From positions 97,261 through 161,260 of the forward strand of contig CAWJBB010000062.1 in NCBI GenBank assembly GCA_963840855.1: a DNA stretch of 64,000 bases, written 5' to 3'. The stretch comes from an uncultured delta proteobacterium. Lineage in GTDB: Bacteria; Desulfobacterota; Binatia; UBA9968. Shown one piece after another: positions 1-10,404 of this stretch; the first letter of the stretch is position 1; each line of letters opens with the position of its first letter. A program made the translations under genes and the position numbers. The notes below the pieces were generated by a model. It was given only the letters and a program-made list of their open reading frames with translations, did no database searches and was not told the DNA's origin.

Positions 1-2037
1 ATGCATCAAGATAAACCAGCCGTCGGTATTCTTTTGCGTGGTTCCGGTTTTCCCCGCCACATCGGCGCGCACGCCAAACAGCGTTCGCACGGCTTGTCCG
101 GTGCCTTGGTCGACTGCGCCGCGCAGCATGTTGATCAAATTTCCCACGGTTTTTTCAGTCATGACGCGCTTGTTTTCGGTTGCGAACTGGGCGAGCACGT
201 TGCCATTCTTGTCGGTGATGTGGGTGATATAGGTCGGCTGGCGGTATTCGCCGATGGCAGCGATGGTGCTGTAAGCGGAGACCATTTCCAACGGGGTAAC
301 CGGACTGGTCCCGAGCGCTAACGCCGGTACCTCGTCGAGCTTACTTCGGTTGACCCCCATGCTGCGCGCTAGCTGCGCGGTTTTTTTGGGACCGACTTCC
401 TGCATGACCTGCGCGGTGATCGTGTTTTTCGAATAAATGAGACCCTCCCGCGCCGTCATGCGCTGACCGGTGGGCTCCGATAGATCGGAAGGACGCCATA
501 CGCTGCCGTCCGGCAGGGGAATTTCCACTGCGCGGTCGGTGAAGCGTTTATCCGGTGACATCCCCTGCTCGAGCGCCGCGCCGTAAACAAACGCTTTAAA
601 CGTGGAACCCGGTTGTCGCCTGGCCTGCGCCACATGATCGAATTGGTCGGTTTTGAAGTCGCGGCTACCGACCCACGCCTTAACGTGACCGGTGGTCGGA
701 TCGATGGCCACAAAGCCGGCCTGCAAACGCGTTTTTTCGGCACGCAGCTTAGCGATGAATTCACGATTGCTCTTGAGCTCCGCCAGGGCAGCTTCAGGCG
801 CCGTGCCGGAATCAACCGCGCTGCGGTAAGCCGCGGATTCCCGAATGAACAAATCGACCAAGCCAGCCTTGGTTTTCCAAAAAAATCCGAAAGGCTGCAC
901 ACGCCGGCGCAGATCGACGTACGCGTTGGCGCTCGACGATATCAATCGCTCGGAACTCAGTCCCCACTCGACATCGGCGACAGCCTGCAAGGCCTCCATT
1001 TGGCGGTTTACGGCTTGATTGGCAAGCGCCTGCAAACGCGAGTCGATGGTGGTGTACACGATCAATCCGTCGGAATAGATGTCGTGGTCGTTACGATCGG
1101 CCCAATCGATCAGCCATTTACGAATGTGCGCGGCGAGATGAGGAGCGGGACCGACTGCTTCGGGCTGGCGTTCAAAATCGAGCCGGATCGGCTGGGTTTT
1201 TAGCCTATCGAAATCCGCCTGGCTCAACACCTCGCGCTTGACCATTTGCGACAGCACCACATTGCGGCGCCGAAGCGCGCGCTCGGGATTGAGCACCGGG
1301 TTGTAGTAGCTGGTGCCTTTCAACATGGCGATCAAGGTCGCGCTTTCGATGACATTTAGTTTTTGGGCGGGCTTGTCGAAGTACGTGCGCGCCGCCATTT
1401 CGATACCGAATGCGTTGTACAAAAACGGCATGCTGTTGAGATACGTTTCTAATATTTCTTTCTTTGTATAGGCGTATTCGATTTTAATCGCAGTGATCGT
1501 CTCCTTTATTTTCCGTGTCACCGTCCGTTTGCGGCCAATTTCCTCCGGGTATAGGTTGCGCGCGAGTTGCTGGGTCAGAGTCGAACCGCCCTCCGGGTCG
1601 CCGATCAAGGCGCGCAAGACGCCAGTCGCGGCGCGCTGCAAGTCAATGCCGTAGTGCTGGTAAAAGCGGTGATCTTCGGTGGCGATCAGCGCGTTGATCA
1701 CATGCGGCGAGACTCGATTTAGCCCGACCCAATCGCGGTTCATCGGCTTAAAAGTGGCCAGGCGCTTGCGATCGGATGAGATCAACACGCTGGGCTGGTC
1801 GATTTTGGCTTTCCGTAGATCGGAAATACTCGGCGTGAACGGGATCAAAATGACCGCGTACGCGGATAACAGGGTTAAGCCAAGCGCGCCTAAAGCGGCC
1901 AGACCTTTGGCGCCACAAAACAGCCGGACCCGCATACTCAAGGTCGGATCGATCACAGCCCTGAAGTAGCCTGAGAGCCGCCGGTACAAGCGCGTAACGA
2001 GTCCGGGAGACCTCATGGTTTCATCCGATTGCTTCAT
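1..2037 (-). CDS. Class A penicillin-binding protein (PBP1A family), partial, runs off the left edge
   Basis: Hand translation of the minus strand gives transglycosylase motifs ATEDHRFYQHYG and GGSTLTQQLAR, and transpeptidase SxxK motif RQPGSTFK in frame with ATG at 2037 (alternative 2016). Probably absent from the ORF track because its stop lies outside the window. Confidence 0.9.
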   Translation of the reverse strand, partial: MKQSDETMRSPGLVTRLYRRLSGYFRAVIDPTLSMRVRLFCGAKGLAALGALGLTLLSAYAVILIPFTPSISDLRKAKIDQPSVLISSDRKRLATFKPMNRDWVGLNRVSPHVINALIATEDHRFYQHYGIDLQRAATGVLRALIGDPEGGSTLTQQLARNLYPEEIGRKRTVTRKIKETITAIKIEYAYTKKEILETYLNSMPFLYNAFGIEMAARTYFDKPAQKLNVIESATLIAMLKGTSYYNPVLNPERALRRRNVVLSQMVKREVLSQADFDRLKTQPIRLDFERQPEAVGPAPHLAAHIRKWLIDWADRNDHDIYSDGLIVYTTIDSRLQALANQAVNRQMEALQAVADVEWGLSSERLISSSANAYVDLRRRVQPFGFFWKTKAGLVDLFIRESAAYRSAVDSGTAPEAALAELKSNREFIAKLRAEKTRLQAGFVAIDPTTGHVKAWVGSRDFKTDQFDHVAQARRQPGSTFKAFVYGAALEQGMSPDKRFTDRAVEIPLPDGSVWRPSDLSEPTGQRMTAREGLIYSKNTITAQVMQEVGPKKTAQLARSMGVNRSKLDEVPALALGTSPVTPLEMVSAYSTIAAIGEYRQPTYITHITDKNGNVLAQFATENKRVMTEKTVGNLINMLRGAVDQGTGQAVRTLFGVRADVAGKTGTTQKNTDGWFILMH

Positions 2038-2335
2038 AGTTCAGCGATGAGTGAAAAGTCCCGACGGTGGTTAGACGTACGGAGCACCCGATGATTATTT
2101 TACCAGTTCGATAGAAAGGGTTCAGCCCCTTGCCTGATGGGGGCCGGGCAGATCGGCCCAAAGCAGTCGAGGGATTATATGGAGGTCACTCATTAGAAGG
2201 CAGGTCAAGAAGCACAGAGGAGAAAATGTAACGGGAATCTTTTGTCGCCTTGGACGTGCAGATAAAGCTTCTTTGCGTGCTCTGAACGAACCGCCAAGGG
2301 GTATACGGCTCTCTTAAAGTGCGCTACCTAAGCCG

Positions 2336-3466
2336 TTACCTGACGTCGGCCTTGGGAAAGCCGTATGCTTCCACGATCATCTTTATCCGTTCCGGTGACT
2401 TGTGATAGGTGCGAAAATCGTTCAGCGAAACTTTTTTTCCTTTTAGCAATCTGGCGATCTCGCCGTCGGCGAAGACATTCGACTTGAGGGGGTTGAATTC
2501 ATCGATGATTTTCTGCGCCTCAGGACTGGCATTGTGCTCGAGAAACAGAAGCGCGCGAGAAGGGTTTGGGGCGGATTGCAGAACTCCGTCAACGTCCTGG
2601 ATTTTTGCCGGTACGGGTTCAATAATTTTACAGCCGAGGGATTTGGTGACGTCCTTTGCGGCGGCGCGCATGCAGGAATGGTATTGCGTCATCTGATGGA
2701 GATCGTATTCGCCGGCAATGATCCCGCTCATGGCGCGTGTCTGGCCTCGAACCCAGATGGGTTCCTGTTCCTTGATCTTACGGGCATAGTTTTTGACCCA
2801 CTCTTCACCCATGGCGGGCACGAGGGCGGCGAGGCAGTAGGGCCGGATATCGACAAGCATCTTTCGTCCCTTGAACTCCGGCTTCAAGAAGTCTTCCCAC
2901 GTATTCGGGACCTTGTCGGCGGCAAGCTGTTTCTTGTTGTACGCGATGGAGCAGAGCGCAGAGCCGATGCTCACCACGCTGCGGTATTCGGGATCAACCA
3001 TCTTGGGGTTGATCTTCAAGACTCCCTGCTCCACCATCCCTAAGACATCGAGTTTCTTCGCATACGGCGCATAGTCGTTATAAAAATCTTCCGGGAGGTG
3101 TAGCGTATCCCATTCCTTGACCGTTCCCGCCTTGAGCTCCAAGAGAAAGCGTTGGGCCGTGTCTGTCCCCGTCATCTCCTGGATTTCAATATCCGCGAAG
3201 GGGTATTTCTTTTTGAAAGAGGCCATGAGGGGCTTGAACGTATTCGGGTCCAATGAACTTTGGGCGCGAAGTTTGCCCTCTCTCTTGGCGCTGGCAAGGA
3301 TTTCGTCATGGCTGGTAATGAAGGCATAACCCTTGGCATCAGCCGCTTGCTTAGCTTTCTGGAGTGCAGCGGCGGTTACCGAGGCGGCGAATGCCGGCGC
3401 GGCGAATAGCCACGAGCCCAGAAAGAACAACACGGTTACAATTGTGGTAGCTATCATGTTTTCCAA
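2336..3466 (-). CDS. ABC-type extracellular solute-binding protein (Fe3+/thiamine/polyamine-like fold)
   Basis: Signal peptide; AKREGKL, YNKK, PNTWEDFLKPEFKG motifs; paralog of 44958..46079. Confidence 0.8.
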   Translation of the reverse strand: MENMIATTIVTVLFFLGSWLFAAPAFAASVTAAALQKAKQAADAKGYAFITSHDEILASAKREGKLRAQSSLDPNTFKPLMASFKKKYPFADIEIQEMTGTDTAQRFLLELKAGTVKEWDTLHLPEDFYNDYAPYAKKLDVLGMVEQGVLKINPKMVDPEYRSVVSIGSALCSIAYNKKQLAADKVPNTWEDFLKPEFKGRKMLVDIRPYCLAALVPAMGEEWVKNYARKIKEQEPIWVRGQTRAMSGIIAGEYDLHQMTQYHSCMRAAAKDVTKSLGCKIIEPVPAKIQDVDGVLQSAPNPSRALLFLEHNASPEAQKIIDEFNPLKSNVFADGEIARLLKGKKVSLNDFRTYHKSPERIKMIVEAYGFPKADVR

Positions 3467-3682
3467 CCTCCTCGGCGACGCGATCTGCTAGTCGGAAATT
3501 GGGGCACGGAAATGGACGGACGTTGCATTGTAATTGGAGTATTCGTTCGGAGAATATGAGATTAGTCGATCGCTGTCAAAGTGATTCCAACTCCTGTTGT
3601 AGCATGGTGATCACGTCTGGGTGTGGAAGCAATGCTTGACTGACGGTTGACTGCCTCTGGGGTTTCATCCAGACTATAAACC

Positions 3683-4621
3683 ATGGCAGTGGAAAAAGTC
3701 ATCATTGCTCAGCCCCGCGGCTTCTGCGCCGGCGTGGACATGGCAGTGGAAACCGTCGAGCGCGCGCTCGCGCGCCACGGCGCGCCGATTTATGTGTTCC
3801 ATGAGATCGTGCACAACAAATATGTGGTCGAGAATTTTACGGCGCGCGGTGTGCGCTTTGTTCAGTCCATCGATGAGGTTCCCACGGGCGCAAAATTGGT
3901 TTTCAGCGCTCATGGCATATCTCCCTCGGTGTGGCAACGGGCCAGAGAAAAACGGCTGGAAATCGTCATCGACGCCACTTGTCCGCTGGTAGAAAAAGTC
4001 CATCGCGAAGTGCGCAAATTCGCCGCGCAGGGCTACTGGATCATTCTCGTCGGTCACGAAAATCATGACGAGATCGTCGGCACCAGCGGCGAAGCGCCGG
4101 AGCGCATCCGAATCGTGGCTAATGTCGATGACGCCAACCGGGTTGAGATTCCTGAACCCGAGAAGGTCGTGGTGCTAACGCAAACCACGCTCAGTGTCGA
4201 CGACACTCGCGACGTTATCGATACACTCAAACGGCGCTTTCCCAAGCTCGTCACCGCGGCCAAAGAAGACATCTGCTATGCGACGCAAAACCGCCAGGAC
4301 GCCGTTAAGCAGCTAGCTAAGGAAGTCGATCTGGTGCTGGTGATTGGCTCGCGCAATAGCGAAAATTCCAATCAGCTCCGAAAAGTCGCCCAAGCTCAGG
4401 GAGTGAAAGCTTATCTTGTGGATGATCACCGGACCATAAATCCAAAATGGCTGGATGGTATTCGCCGCCTTGGTATTACTTCGGGTGCGTCAGTGCCGGA
4501 GCACTTGGTGCAAGAAGCCGCTGAGTTCTTCAAGACTCAAGGCGCGCAAATTTCGACCCTGGGGTTTACGGAAGAAAATATTCGCTTCAGCCTACCCAAA
4601 GAGATATCGGATTGCGCTTGA
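3683..4621 (+). CDS. ispH: 4-hydroxy-3-methylbut-2-enyl diphosphate reductase
   Basis: PRGFCAGV, IVHN, SAHG, DATCPLV, QTT, ICYATQNRQ and SGASVP motifs. Confidence 0.97.
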   Translation: MAVEKVIIAQPRGFCAGVDMAVETVERALARHGAPIYVFHEIVHNKYVVENFTARGVRFVQSIDEVPTGAKLVFSAHGISPSVWQRAREKRLEIVIDATCPLVEKVHREVRKFAAQGYWIILVGHENHDEIVGTSGEAPERIRIVANVDDANRVEIPEPEKVVVLTQTTLSVDDTRDVIDTLKRRFPKLVTAAKEDICYATQNRQDAVKQLAKEVDLVLVIGSRNSENSNQLRKVAQAQGVKAYLVDDHRTINPKWLDGIRRLGITSGASVPEHLVQEAAEFFKTQGAQISTLGFTEENIRFSLPKEISDCA

Positions 4622-4627
4622 ACTGCC

Positions 4628-5092
4628 ATGGAACGGCGCAGCATTAAGGATCTTTCTTCAGCAATTGCTCTCGCTGCGTTTGGGCTCTACGTGACCATTG
4701 AAGCCGCGCGCTTTAGCTATCTAACCGAGGATGGTCCCGGTCCCGGTTTCCTGCCCCTTTGGTTGGGCATTGCCATCTGTAGTTTGTCCTTGTGTTTGAT
4801 GGTCGTTAATCAGCTTCGTGCGGCGGAGAAACCGCTTGGCAGGGAGCGCGACTGGTCCTCTGGATCCCGAGCGATGTCCGGCTGGCTGGCGTTCATGGGG
4901 GCGGTTTTACTATTTCCGTTCTTGGGGTTCACTCTCTGCCTGGTGCTACTGACCGTATTTCTCATCGCATTGATGGAGCGACGGTCGATTTGGAGCGCTG
5001 TCCTCGTCGCGCTGGGACTCGGCATCGGGTTTCACCTGATATTCGTCGTTGCTCTGGGACTTTCCTTACCGAAAAGCCCTTTGGGTTTTTAA
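4628..5092 (+). CDS. tctB: Tripartite tricarboxylate transporter small membrane subunit
   Basis: Four to five hydrophobic segments, GPGPGFLP motif, directly upstream of tctA. Confidence 0.88.
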   Translation: MERRSIKDLSSAIALAAFGLYVTIEAARFSYLTEDGPGPGFLPLWLGIAICSLSLCLMVVNQLRAAEKPLGRERDWSSGSRAMSGWLAFMGAVLLFPFLGFTLCLVLLTVFLIALMERRSIWSAVLVALGLGIGFHLIFVVALGLSLPKSPLGF

Positions 5093-5106
5093 GAGGCAAA
5101 CCAGAA

Positions 5107-6618
5107 TTGGACGCGCTTGACAACCTTCTGTTGGGATTTTCGGTGGCCCTTAGCCCCGCCAATCTGTTTTGGTGCTTCGTTGGAGTTTTTCTCGGAACTA
5201 TCGTGGGGATCCTTCCCGGATTGGGACCGCCGGCGACCATCGCCATGCTCCTTCCACTGACGTTTAAATTGGATCACACCACCGCCATCATCATGCTCGC
5301 CGGCATCTACTATGGCGCCAAGTACGGCGGTTCCACGACGTCCATCTTGCTCAACGTGCCGGGCGAGTCGGCTTCAGTGGTCACCTGCCTCGATGGGTAC
5401 CAAATGGCCAGGCAGGGCCGGGCCGGCGCCGCATTGGGCATCGCTGCGATCTCCTCCTTCGTCGCCGGTACATTCGGCGTGTTGGGCTTGATGCTGGTCG
5501 CGCCTCCCCTGGCGCGCTTTGCGCTCAAATTTGCGCCGCCTGAGTATTTCGCGCTCATGGCCCTGGGCCTCGCCATGGTGGTATTTCTGGCTGGCAAGTC
5601 GATGCTCAAGGCGCTGCTCGCGATGCTCGTGGGCCTCTGGTTTGCGACCGTAGGCACGGATCTATTCAGCGCCGAATCGAGGTTTACGTTCGGCAGATTC
5701 GAGCTCCTCGACGGCATCGATTTTATCGTCGCAAGCATCGGTATCTTCGCTGTCGGCGAAGTACTCGCCAATTTGGAAACCCGCGGCGGGACTGAATTAT
5801 TTAAAGTTTCCGGGCGCCTCAAGAGCCTGCTTCCGACACTTGAAGAGATAAAGGCTTGCCGATTCGCGTTCGTGAATGGTTCGCTGGTGGGATTCATTAT
5901 CGGCGTCCTGCCGGGAGCGGGTTCCACCATTTCGTCGTTCATTTCCTACGGCTTGGAGAAAGCGGTTTCAAAGCATCCCGAGAAATTCGGCACCGGCGTG
6001 ATAGAAGGCGTGGCGGCGCCGGAAGGCGCCAACAACTCGGACACCTGCGGTTCGCTGGTGCCGCTGTTGACACTCGGCATTCCAGGATCGAATACGACGG
6101 CGATTCTGCTTGCGGCGCTCATTCTCTGGGGATTCAGGCCGGGGCCGCTCCTGATTCAAGATAATCCCACTCTTTTTTGGGGCCTGGTTGCGAGCATGTA
6201 TATCGGCAACATCATGCTGTTGATCTTGAACCTGCCGCTGGTGCCGCTCTTCGCCCAGATCCTGCGGGTACCCTATTATGTTCTCTACCCTGCGATTCTC
6301 GGCGTATCCATCGTCGGCGCCTACAGTGTGAGTAGTAGTTTATTCGATGTTTGGATGCTGGGTTTTTTTGGGCTTCTGGGTTACGTTATGCGCAAGCTGG
6401 ATTTTCCCGCGGCGCCACTAGTGCTTGGATTGGTGTTGGGCGATGGTCTGGAGCGGGCGCTGCGCCAATCGCTAATGATGTCCCAGGGTGATTTGTCGAT
6501 TCTAGTGACCAGACCGCTTTCGGTGACGATGCTGCTACTGACCTTGGTCATCATATTGATGCCGCTTTTGCGAAAGGTGAAACAGTGGCGCTTGAAAACG
6601 GCCGGTGAAGAAGCTTGA
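5107..6618 (+). CDS. tctA: Tripartite tricarboxylate transporter large membrane subunit
   Basis: GILPGLG, YGGSTTSILLNVPGE, APEGANNS, PLLTLGIPG motifs; likely TTG start at 5107. Confidence 0.93.
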   Translation: MDALDNLLLGFSVALSPANLFWCFVGVFLGTIVGILPGLGPPATIAMLLPLTFKLDHTTAIIMLAGIYYGAKYGGSTTSILLNVPGESASVVTCLDGYQMARQGRAGAALGIAAISSFVAGTFGVLGLMLVAPPLARFALKFAPPEYFALMALGLAMVVFLAGKSMLKALLAMLVGLWFATVGTDLFSAESRFTFGRFELLDGIDFIVASIGIFAVGEVLANLETRGGTELFKVSGRLKSLLPTLEEIKACRFAFVNGSLVGFIIGVLPGAGSTISSFISYGLEKAVSKHPEKFGTGVIEGVAAPEGANNSDTCGSLVPLLTLGIPGSNTTAILLAALILWGFRPGPLLIQDNPTLFWGLVASMYIGNIMLLILNLPLVPLFAQILRVPYYVLYPAILGVSIVGAYSVSSSLFDVWMLGFFGLLGYVMRKLDFPAAPLVLGLVLGDGLERALRQSLMMSQGDLSILVTRPLSVTMLLLTLVIILMPLLRKVKQWRLKTAGEEA

Positions 6619-6653
6619 TGCGAATTACGGTAAAAAGGCAAAAAGGAGATCTT

Positions 6654-7631
6654 ATGGAACGAAGCATATGTTCGCTGAGCGCGATTTTCCTCGTATTGGC
6701 GTTAGCGGCGCCGCTATCCGCGCAGTCGTTTAAGCCTACGAAGCCCATCGAAGGGGTCGTGCACACGGGCCCGGGCGGCGGCTCGGACATCTTGGCGCGG
6801 GCAATTGCCGAAATGATGGAGAAAGAAAAACTCCTGCCGCAACGCTTGCAGGTGGTCAATAAGTCCGGCGGCAACAGCGCCACCGCCATGGCGTACCTGG
6901 CGGAGAAAAAGGGCGAGACCCATACCATCGGATTCTTCACCGGGGTCTGGGTTACCAATCCTTTAACAACCCTGGAGGCGAAGGTCATGATCAACGATCT
7001 GACCCCCATGGTCCGTTTGGTTTTGGAGCCTGCAGTGGTGGCCGTCAAGGCGGATTCGCCATACAAAAACATGAAGGACTTGATCGAGGCGGCCAAGAAA
7101 AGCCCTGGCCAGCTGAAGCAGTCGGGGGGCTCCGTCACCGGTCGAGATAACTTGGTGCGTCTGGTGATTCAGAAGGCCACCGGGGCCAAATGGGTGTACG
7201 TCTCCTTTCCGAGCGGCGGAGAGCGGATTGCCAATTTGCTTGGCGGGCATGTGCAGTTGATGGTGATCGAGCCGCAGGAGGCCGGTGAGCATATCAAGGC
7301 GGGTAATCTGAGAGTCATTGCCGCCTTGACGGAAAAACGCTTGCCGTCGTTTCCCGATGTCCCAACCTTGAACGAGCAAGGCATCGACGTGCCGGTCATA
7401 CCCCAGACGCGCGGGGTGGTGGCGCCGCCGGCGGTTCCAACGGAAGTGGTGCAGTACTGGGAAGGAGTTTTTGATCGCTTCACCAATACGGCAAGTTGGA
7501 AAAAATATCTCGAGCAAAATCAGTTCGAAGACGGCTACCTCAAAGGTCCGGGGTTGAATAAATTCTTTGATAGTCTGACCGAACAAATGCGCGAGGTACT
7601 CAAGGAAGCCGGCGCCAAAGTCGTGCGCTAA
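6654..7631 (+). CDS. tctC: Tripartite tricarboxylate transporter substrate-binding protein (Bug/TctC)
   Basis: Signal peptide, PGGGSDILAR, VNKSGG, LLGGHV, PDVPTL; AAGGAG RBS before ATG 6654. Confidence 0.9.
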   Translation: MERSICSLSAIFLVLALAAPLSAQSFKPTKPIEGVVHTGPGGGSDILARAIAEMMEKEKLLPQRLQVVNKSGGNSATAMAYLAEKKGETHTIGFFTGVWVTNPLTTLEAKVMINDLTPMVRLVLEPAVVAVKADSPYKNMKDLIEAAKKSPGQLKQSGGSVTGRDNLVRLVIQKATGAKWVYVSFPSGGERIANLLGGHVQLMVIEPQEAGEHIKAGNLRVIAALTEKRLPSFPDVPTLNEQGIDVPVIPQTRGVVAPPAVPTEVVQYWEGVFDRFTNTASWKKYLEQNQFEDGYLKGPGLNKFFDSLTEQMREVLKEAGAKVVR

Positions 7632-7724
7632 ATCGTGCTTCGTGTTCGTTGCGTTCCGTTTCGTTCGAAGAAACGCAGCATCGACTGCACGAGCAACGAG
7701 ACACTGAAACTTGGACCAATCGCC

Positions 7725-9094
7725 ATGAACGCCACTCAACGCCTCGCGAACTACGCCGTGACACCTTCGCTACAGTCAGATCCCGCGTGAAGCGATCGAC
7801 CGGGCCAAGGCTTGTATACTGGATATTTTAGCGGTGTCCCTTTACGGGTCGACCAAGCCGTGGAGCCGGGCCGTTGTCTCGTTTGTCCGCGCCTCGCGCG
7901 CTAAAGGTCGTTCGACCGTATTTGGCGAGCGATGGAAAGCAACTGCCGCCCAAGCGACGCTTGCCAACGGCGCCATGGCTCACGCCTTCGAGCTCGACAA
8001 CGTCCGTCAACCCGGAGCCGGTGTCCACCCTGGAGCGACTGCGTTTTTGCCCGCGTTGGCAATGGCGGAAGAGACAAGAGCCGATGGTAAAGCGCTGCTG
8101 ACCGCTTTCGTAGCGGCGTGCGAGGTGGTGTCTCGGATCGGCGTTGCCGCGGGAAACTCATTGGAGAAAAGGGGTTTTCATGCGCCGGCATTAACCGGAA
8201 CCTTCGGCGGTGCCGCAGGGGCAGGCAGGCTTCTCGGTCTGGACGAAAAACAGATGGTGAATGCCTTCGGTATCGCCGGTTCCTATTCCGGCGGGCTCAT
8301 GGAGTTCTCCCGCTGCAAAGAAGGCGCGATGATCAAGCGCCTCCATATGGGCAAAGCCGCGGAGGGCGGGGTGAATGCCGCTCTGCTGGCGAGCAAGGGA
8401 TTCGCCGGCCCGGAGAGCGTGCTGGAAGGAAAATTCGGATTCTGCCACGTCTTCTCGGACGCGCCGCAGCTTGCCGCTCTGACGCGCGGTTTAGGGCGCG
8501 ATTTTGAGTCCATGAATATCGGCATCAAACGTTATGCTTGCCACATCAACGCCCATGCCCCGATTGAAGGCCTGACCAAGCTCAGAGCAGATCATCAATT
8601 TGGCCCCGCGGACATCAAAGAGATCACTGGTTGGCGGTATTGAAAAGCTCGTGACGCATCACGCCATTTATGCGCCGACTGATCTCATGGCGGCGCAATA
8701 CAGCATCCCCTTCTGTGTTGCTTTAAGTCTATATGATGATCCGATGGATCCGGGTTCTTTTGACGAAAAGAGAGTTAGGGACAAAGAAATCCTCGCAACG
8801 ACTCGACGGGTGCGGCTCAAGATCGACGATGAGATTGAGCAGAAACATTGGGACAGAGCGGCGCGAGTGACAGTCCAGCTCAAAGACGGCCGGCGCTTTG
8901 CCGCCCTGATCATTCACTTTCGCGGCGCGCCGAAGAATCCCCTCAGTCAGGTAGAGCTTGAGGACAAGGCAAAGCGGTTGACGAAGTCCCTGCTCGCGCC
9001 CAAAACATTCGACCGGCTGGTTGAATCGGTTTTCACGCTGGAGAAAGAAAAGAAAGTCTCGGCGTTGAGCTCGCTGCTCCGAGGTAATCGGTGA
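7725..9094 (+). CDS. MmgE/PrpD family protein, split by two frameshifts (~7760 and ~8630)
   Basis: MNATQRLANYA start, NGAMAHAFELD, HPG, KRLHMG, KRYAC, AQYSIPF, GAPKNPLS spread over successive frames. Confidence 0.85.
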
Positions 9095-10218
9095 AAATCC
9101 TCAGGGTCGAGTGCTTTCCGTTAGTTTTGCCCGTCCGAGAGGTGTACGGCGGAGCGGCCGGATTCCTCGAAGACTGCCGCCCCTTGCTCGTGCGCGTCGA
9201 AGCACAAGGCGGCGTCGAAGGTTGGGGCGAGGCCACACAAGGCAGACCGGGCAACACCTACGAGACTCTGGAGACAATGACGGTGATGGTGCGGAACTAC
9301 TTTGCGCCTCGGCTGATCGGCATGGATCTCGAGGATATCGGACCGGTGGTGCAACAGCTCCAGCAAGTCCGCTACGGCAATCCGCTCAGCAAAGCAGCAG
9401 TCGAGACCGCGCTTTTCGACGCGCTGGCGCGACACTACCATGTTCCGCTCTATGTTCTGCTCGGCGGTCCGTACCGAAAAAAGATTGCCCTAACCGGTGG
9501 CCTGGGGCTCGACTTGGGACCCAAGGAAATCGTCGAGCAAGCGCGCCGCCTCAGGGGAGAAGGTTTTACGGCGTTCAAGCTCAAGATCGGCCAGAAGGAT
9601 CGGTCACAAGACGTAGCGCGGGTGCGTGCGGTGCGCGAGCAGGTGGGCGACGAGGCGACGATCCGAGTCGATGGCAATGGAAGTTACTCTTTCGTTGAGG
9701 CGCGCGAGGTTTTAAATGAGCTTGCGCGCTTTCACATCGCCGACGTCGAGCAGCCGCTGGCGCGCGGCGATCTGCAAAGCCTCGCGGAACTACGCAAAGT
9801 GGTTGGAATACCCATCGCCGCGCAAGAAAGCGTCAGCACGCCGGAGGATGTTTTGGCTGTGGTGCGGGAGAAGGCGGCCGATCTCTTGAAAATCAAGCTC
9901 ACGCATATCGGCGGCTTCAAGCGGGCCTTGCAAGTCGCGGCCGTCGCCGACGCGGCCGGCATGCCGGTTGTCGTCGGACAGGGCAGCGCATGCACAACGA
10001 TCCTCTCGGTCGCTGAACTACATCTTCACGCCGCGTTGAAGAACGGCCAGCCCGGCGGTGAGATGACCGGCTTTCTGCGCCTCGCCGACCAAGGCCCCTT
10101 CGGTCGAATCGGGTATAAGAACGCAAAAGTGTACCTAAACAATGACGCTGGTTTAGGACTCGATATTGACCGAGACTCGATCGAATCGCTCGCACTTCGG
10201 TCGGCGCCTAAGAATTGA
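9091..10218 (+). CDS. Enolase superfamily enzyme (muconate lactonizing enzyme / mandelate racemase family)
   Basis: GWGE, KLKIG (KxK), RVDGN, EQP, AQES, KIK motifs. Confidence 0.88.
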   Translation: MKILRVECFPLVLPVREVYGGAAGFLEDCRPLLVRVEAQGGVEGWGEATQGRPGNTYETLETMTVMVRNYFAPRLIGMDLEDIGPVVQQLQQVRYGNPLSKAAVETALFDALARHYHVPLYVLLGGPYRKKIALTGGLGLDLGPKEIVEQARRLRGEGFTAFKLKIGQKDRSQDVARVRAVREQVGDEATIRVDGNGSYSFVEAREVLNELARFHIADVEQPLARGDLQSLAELRKVVGIPIAAQESVSTPEDVLAVVREKAADLLKIKLTHIGGFKRALQVAAVADAAGMPVVVGQGSACTTILSVAELHLHAALKNGQPGGEMTGFLRLADQGPFGRIGYKNAKVYLNNDAGLGLDIDRDSIESLALRSAPKN

Positions 10219-10223
10219 CCATT

Positions 10224-10240
10224 TGCCTACCAAACGGGCA
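10224..10240 (+). promoter_or_regulatory. Putative NtrC-like activator binding site
   Basis: 17-bp imperfect palindrome TGCCTACCAAACGGGCA about 75 bp upstream of the sigma54 promoter of amtB. Confidence 0.45.
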
Positions 10241-10315
10241 AGTGGCTCGACCCAATCTAACGCCGAACTAAGAGAACGGCGTTGACATTTCAAGAGAATT
10301 TCTATTATAGGTCGT

Positions 10316-10331
10316 TGGCATACCGGTTGCT
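10316..10331 (+). promoter_or_regulatory. Sigma54 (-24/-12) promoter of amtB-glnA-PII
   Basis: TGGCAT-ACCGG-TTGCT matches TGGCA(C/T)-N5-TTGCW upstream of nitrogen assimilation genes. Confidence 0.8.
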
Positions 10332-10404
10332 CACCACGGTCATTGCTTGCACGCTTTTGGATTGATAACGCCTAGTCTTTGAACAACTACTGGGAGGATT
10401 AATC

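Noticed and set aside
1-1969. Several short ORFs in the track at the left edge
   Set aside because: They are shadows or off-frame pieces of the minus-strand PBP1A gene.
2038-2335. Possible structured RNA in the intergenic region upstream of PBP1A
   Set aside because: Only short GC hairpins; no family recognised.
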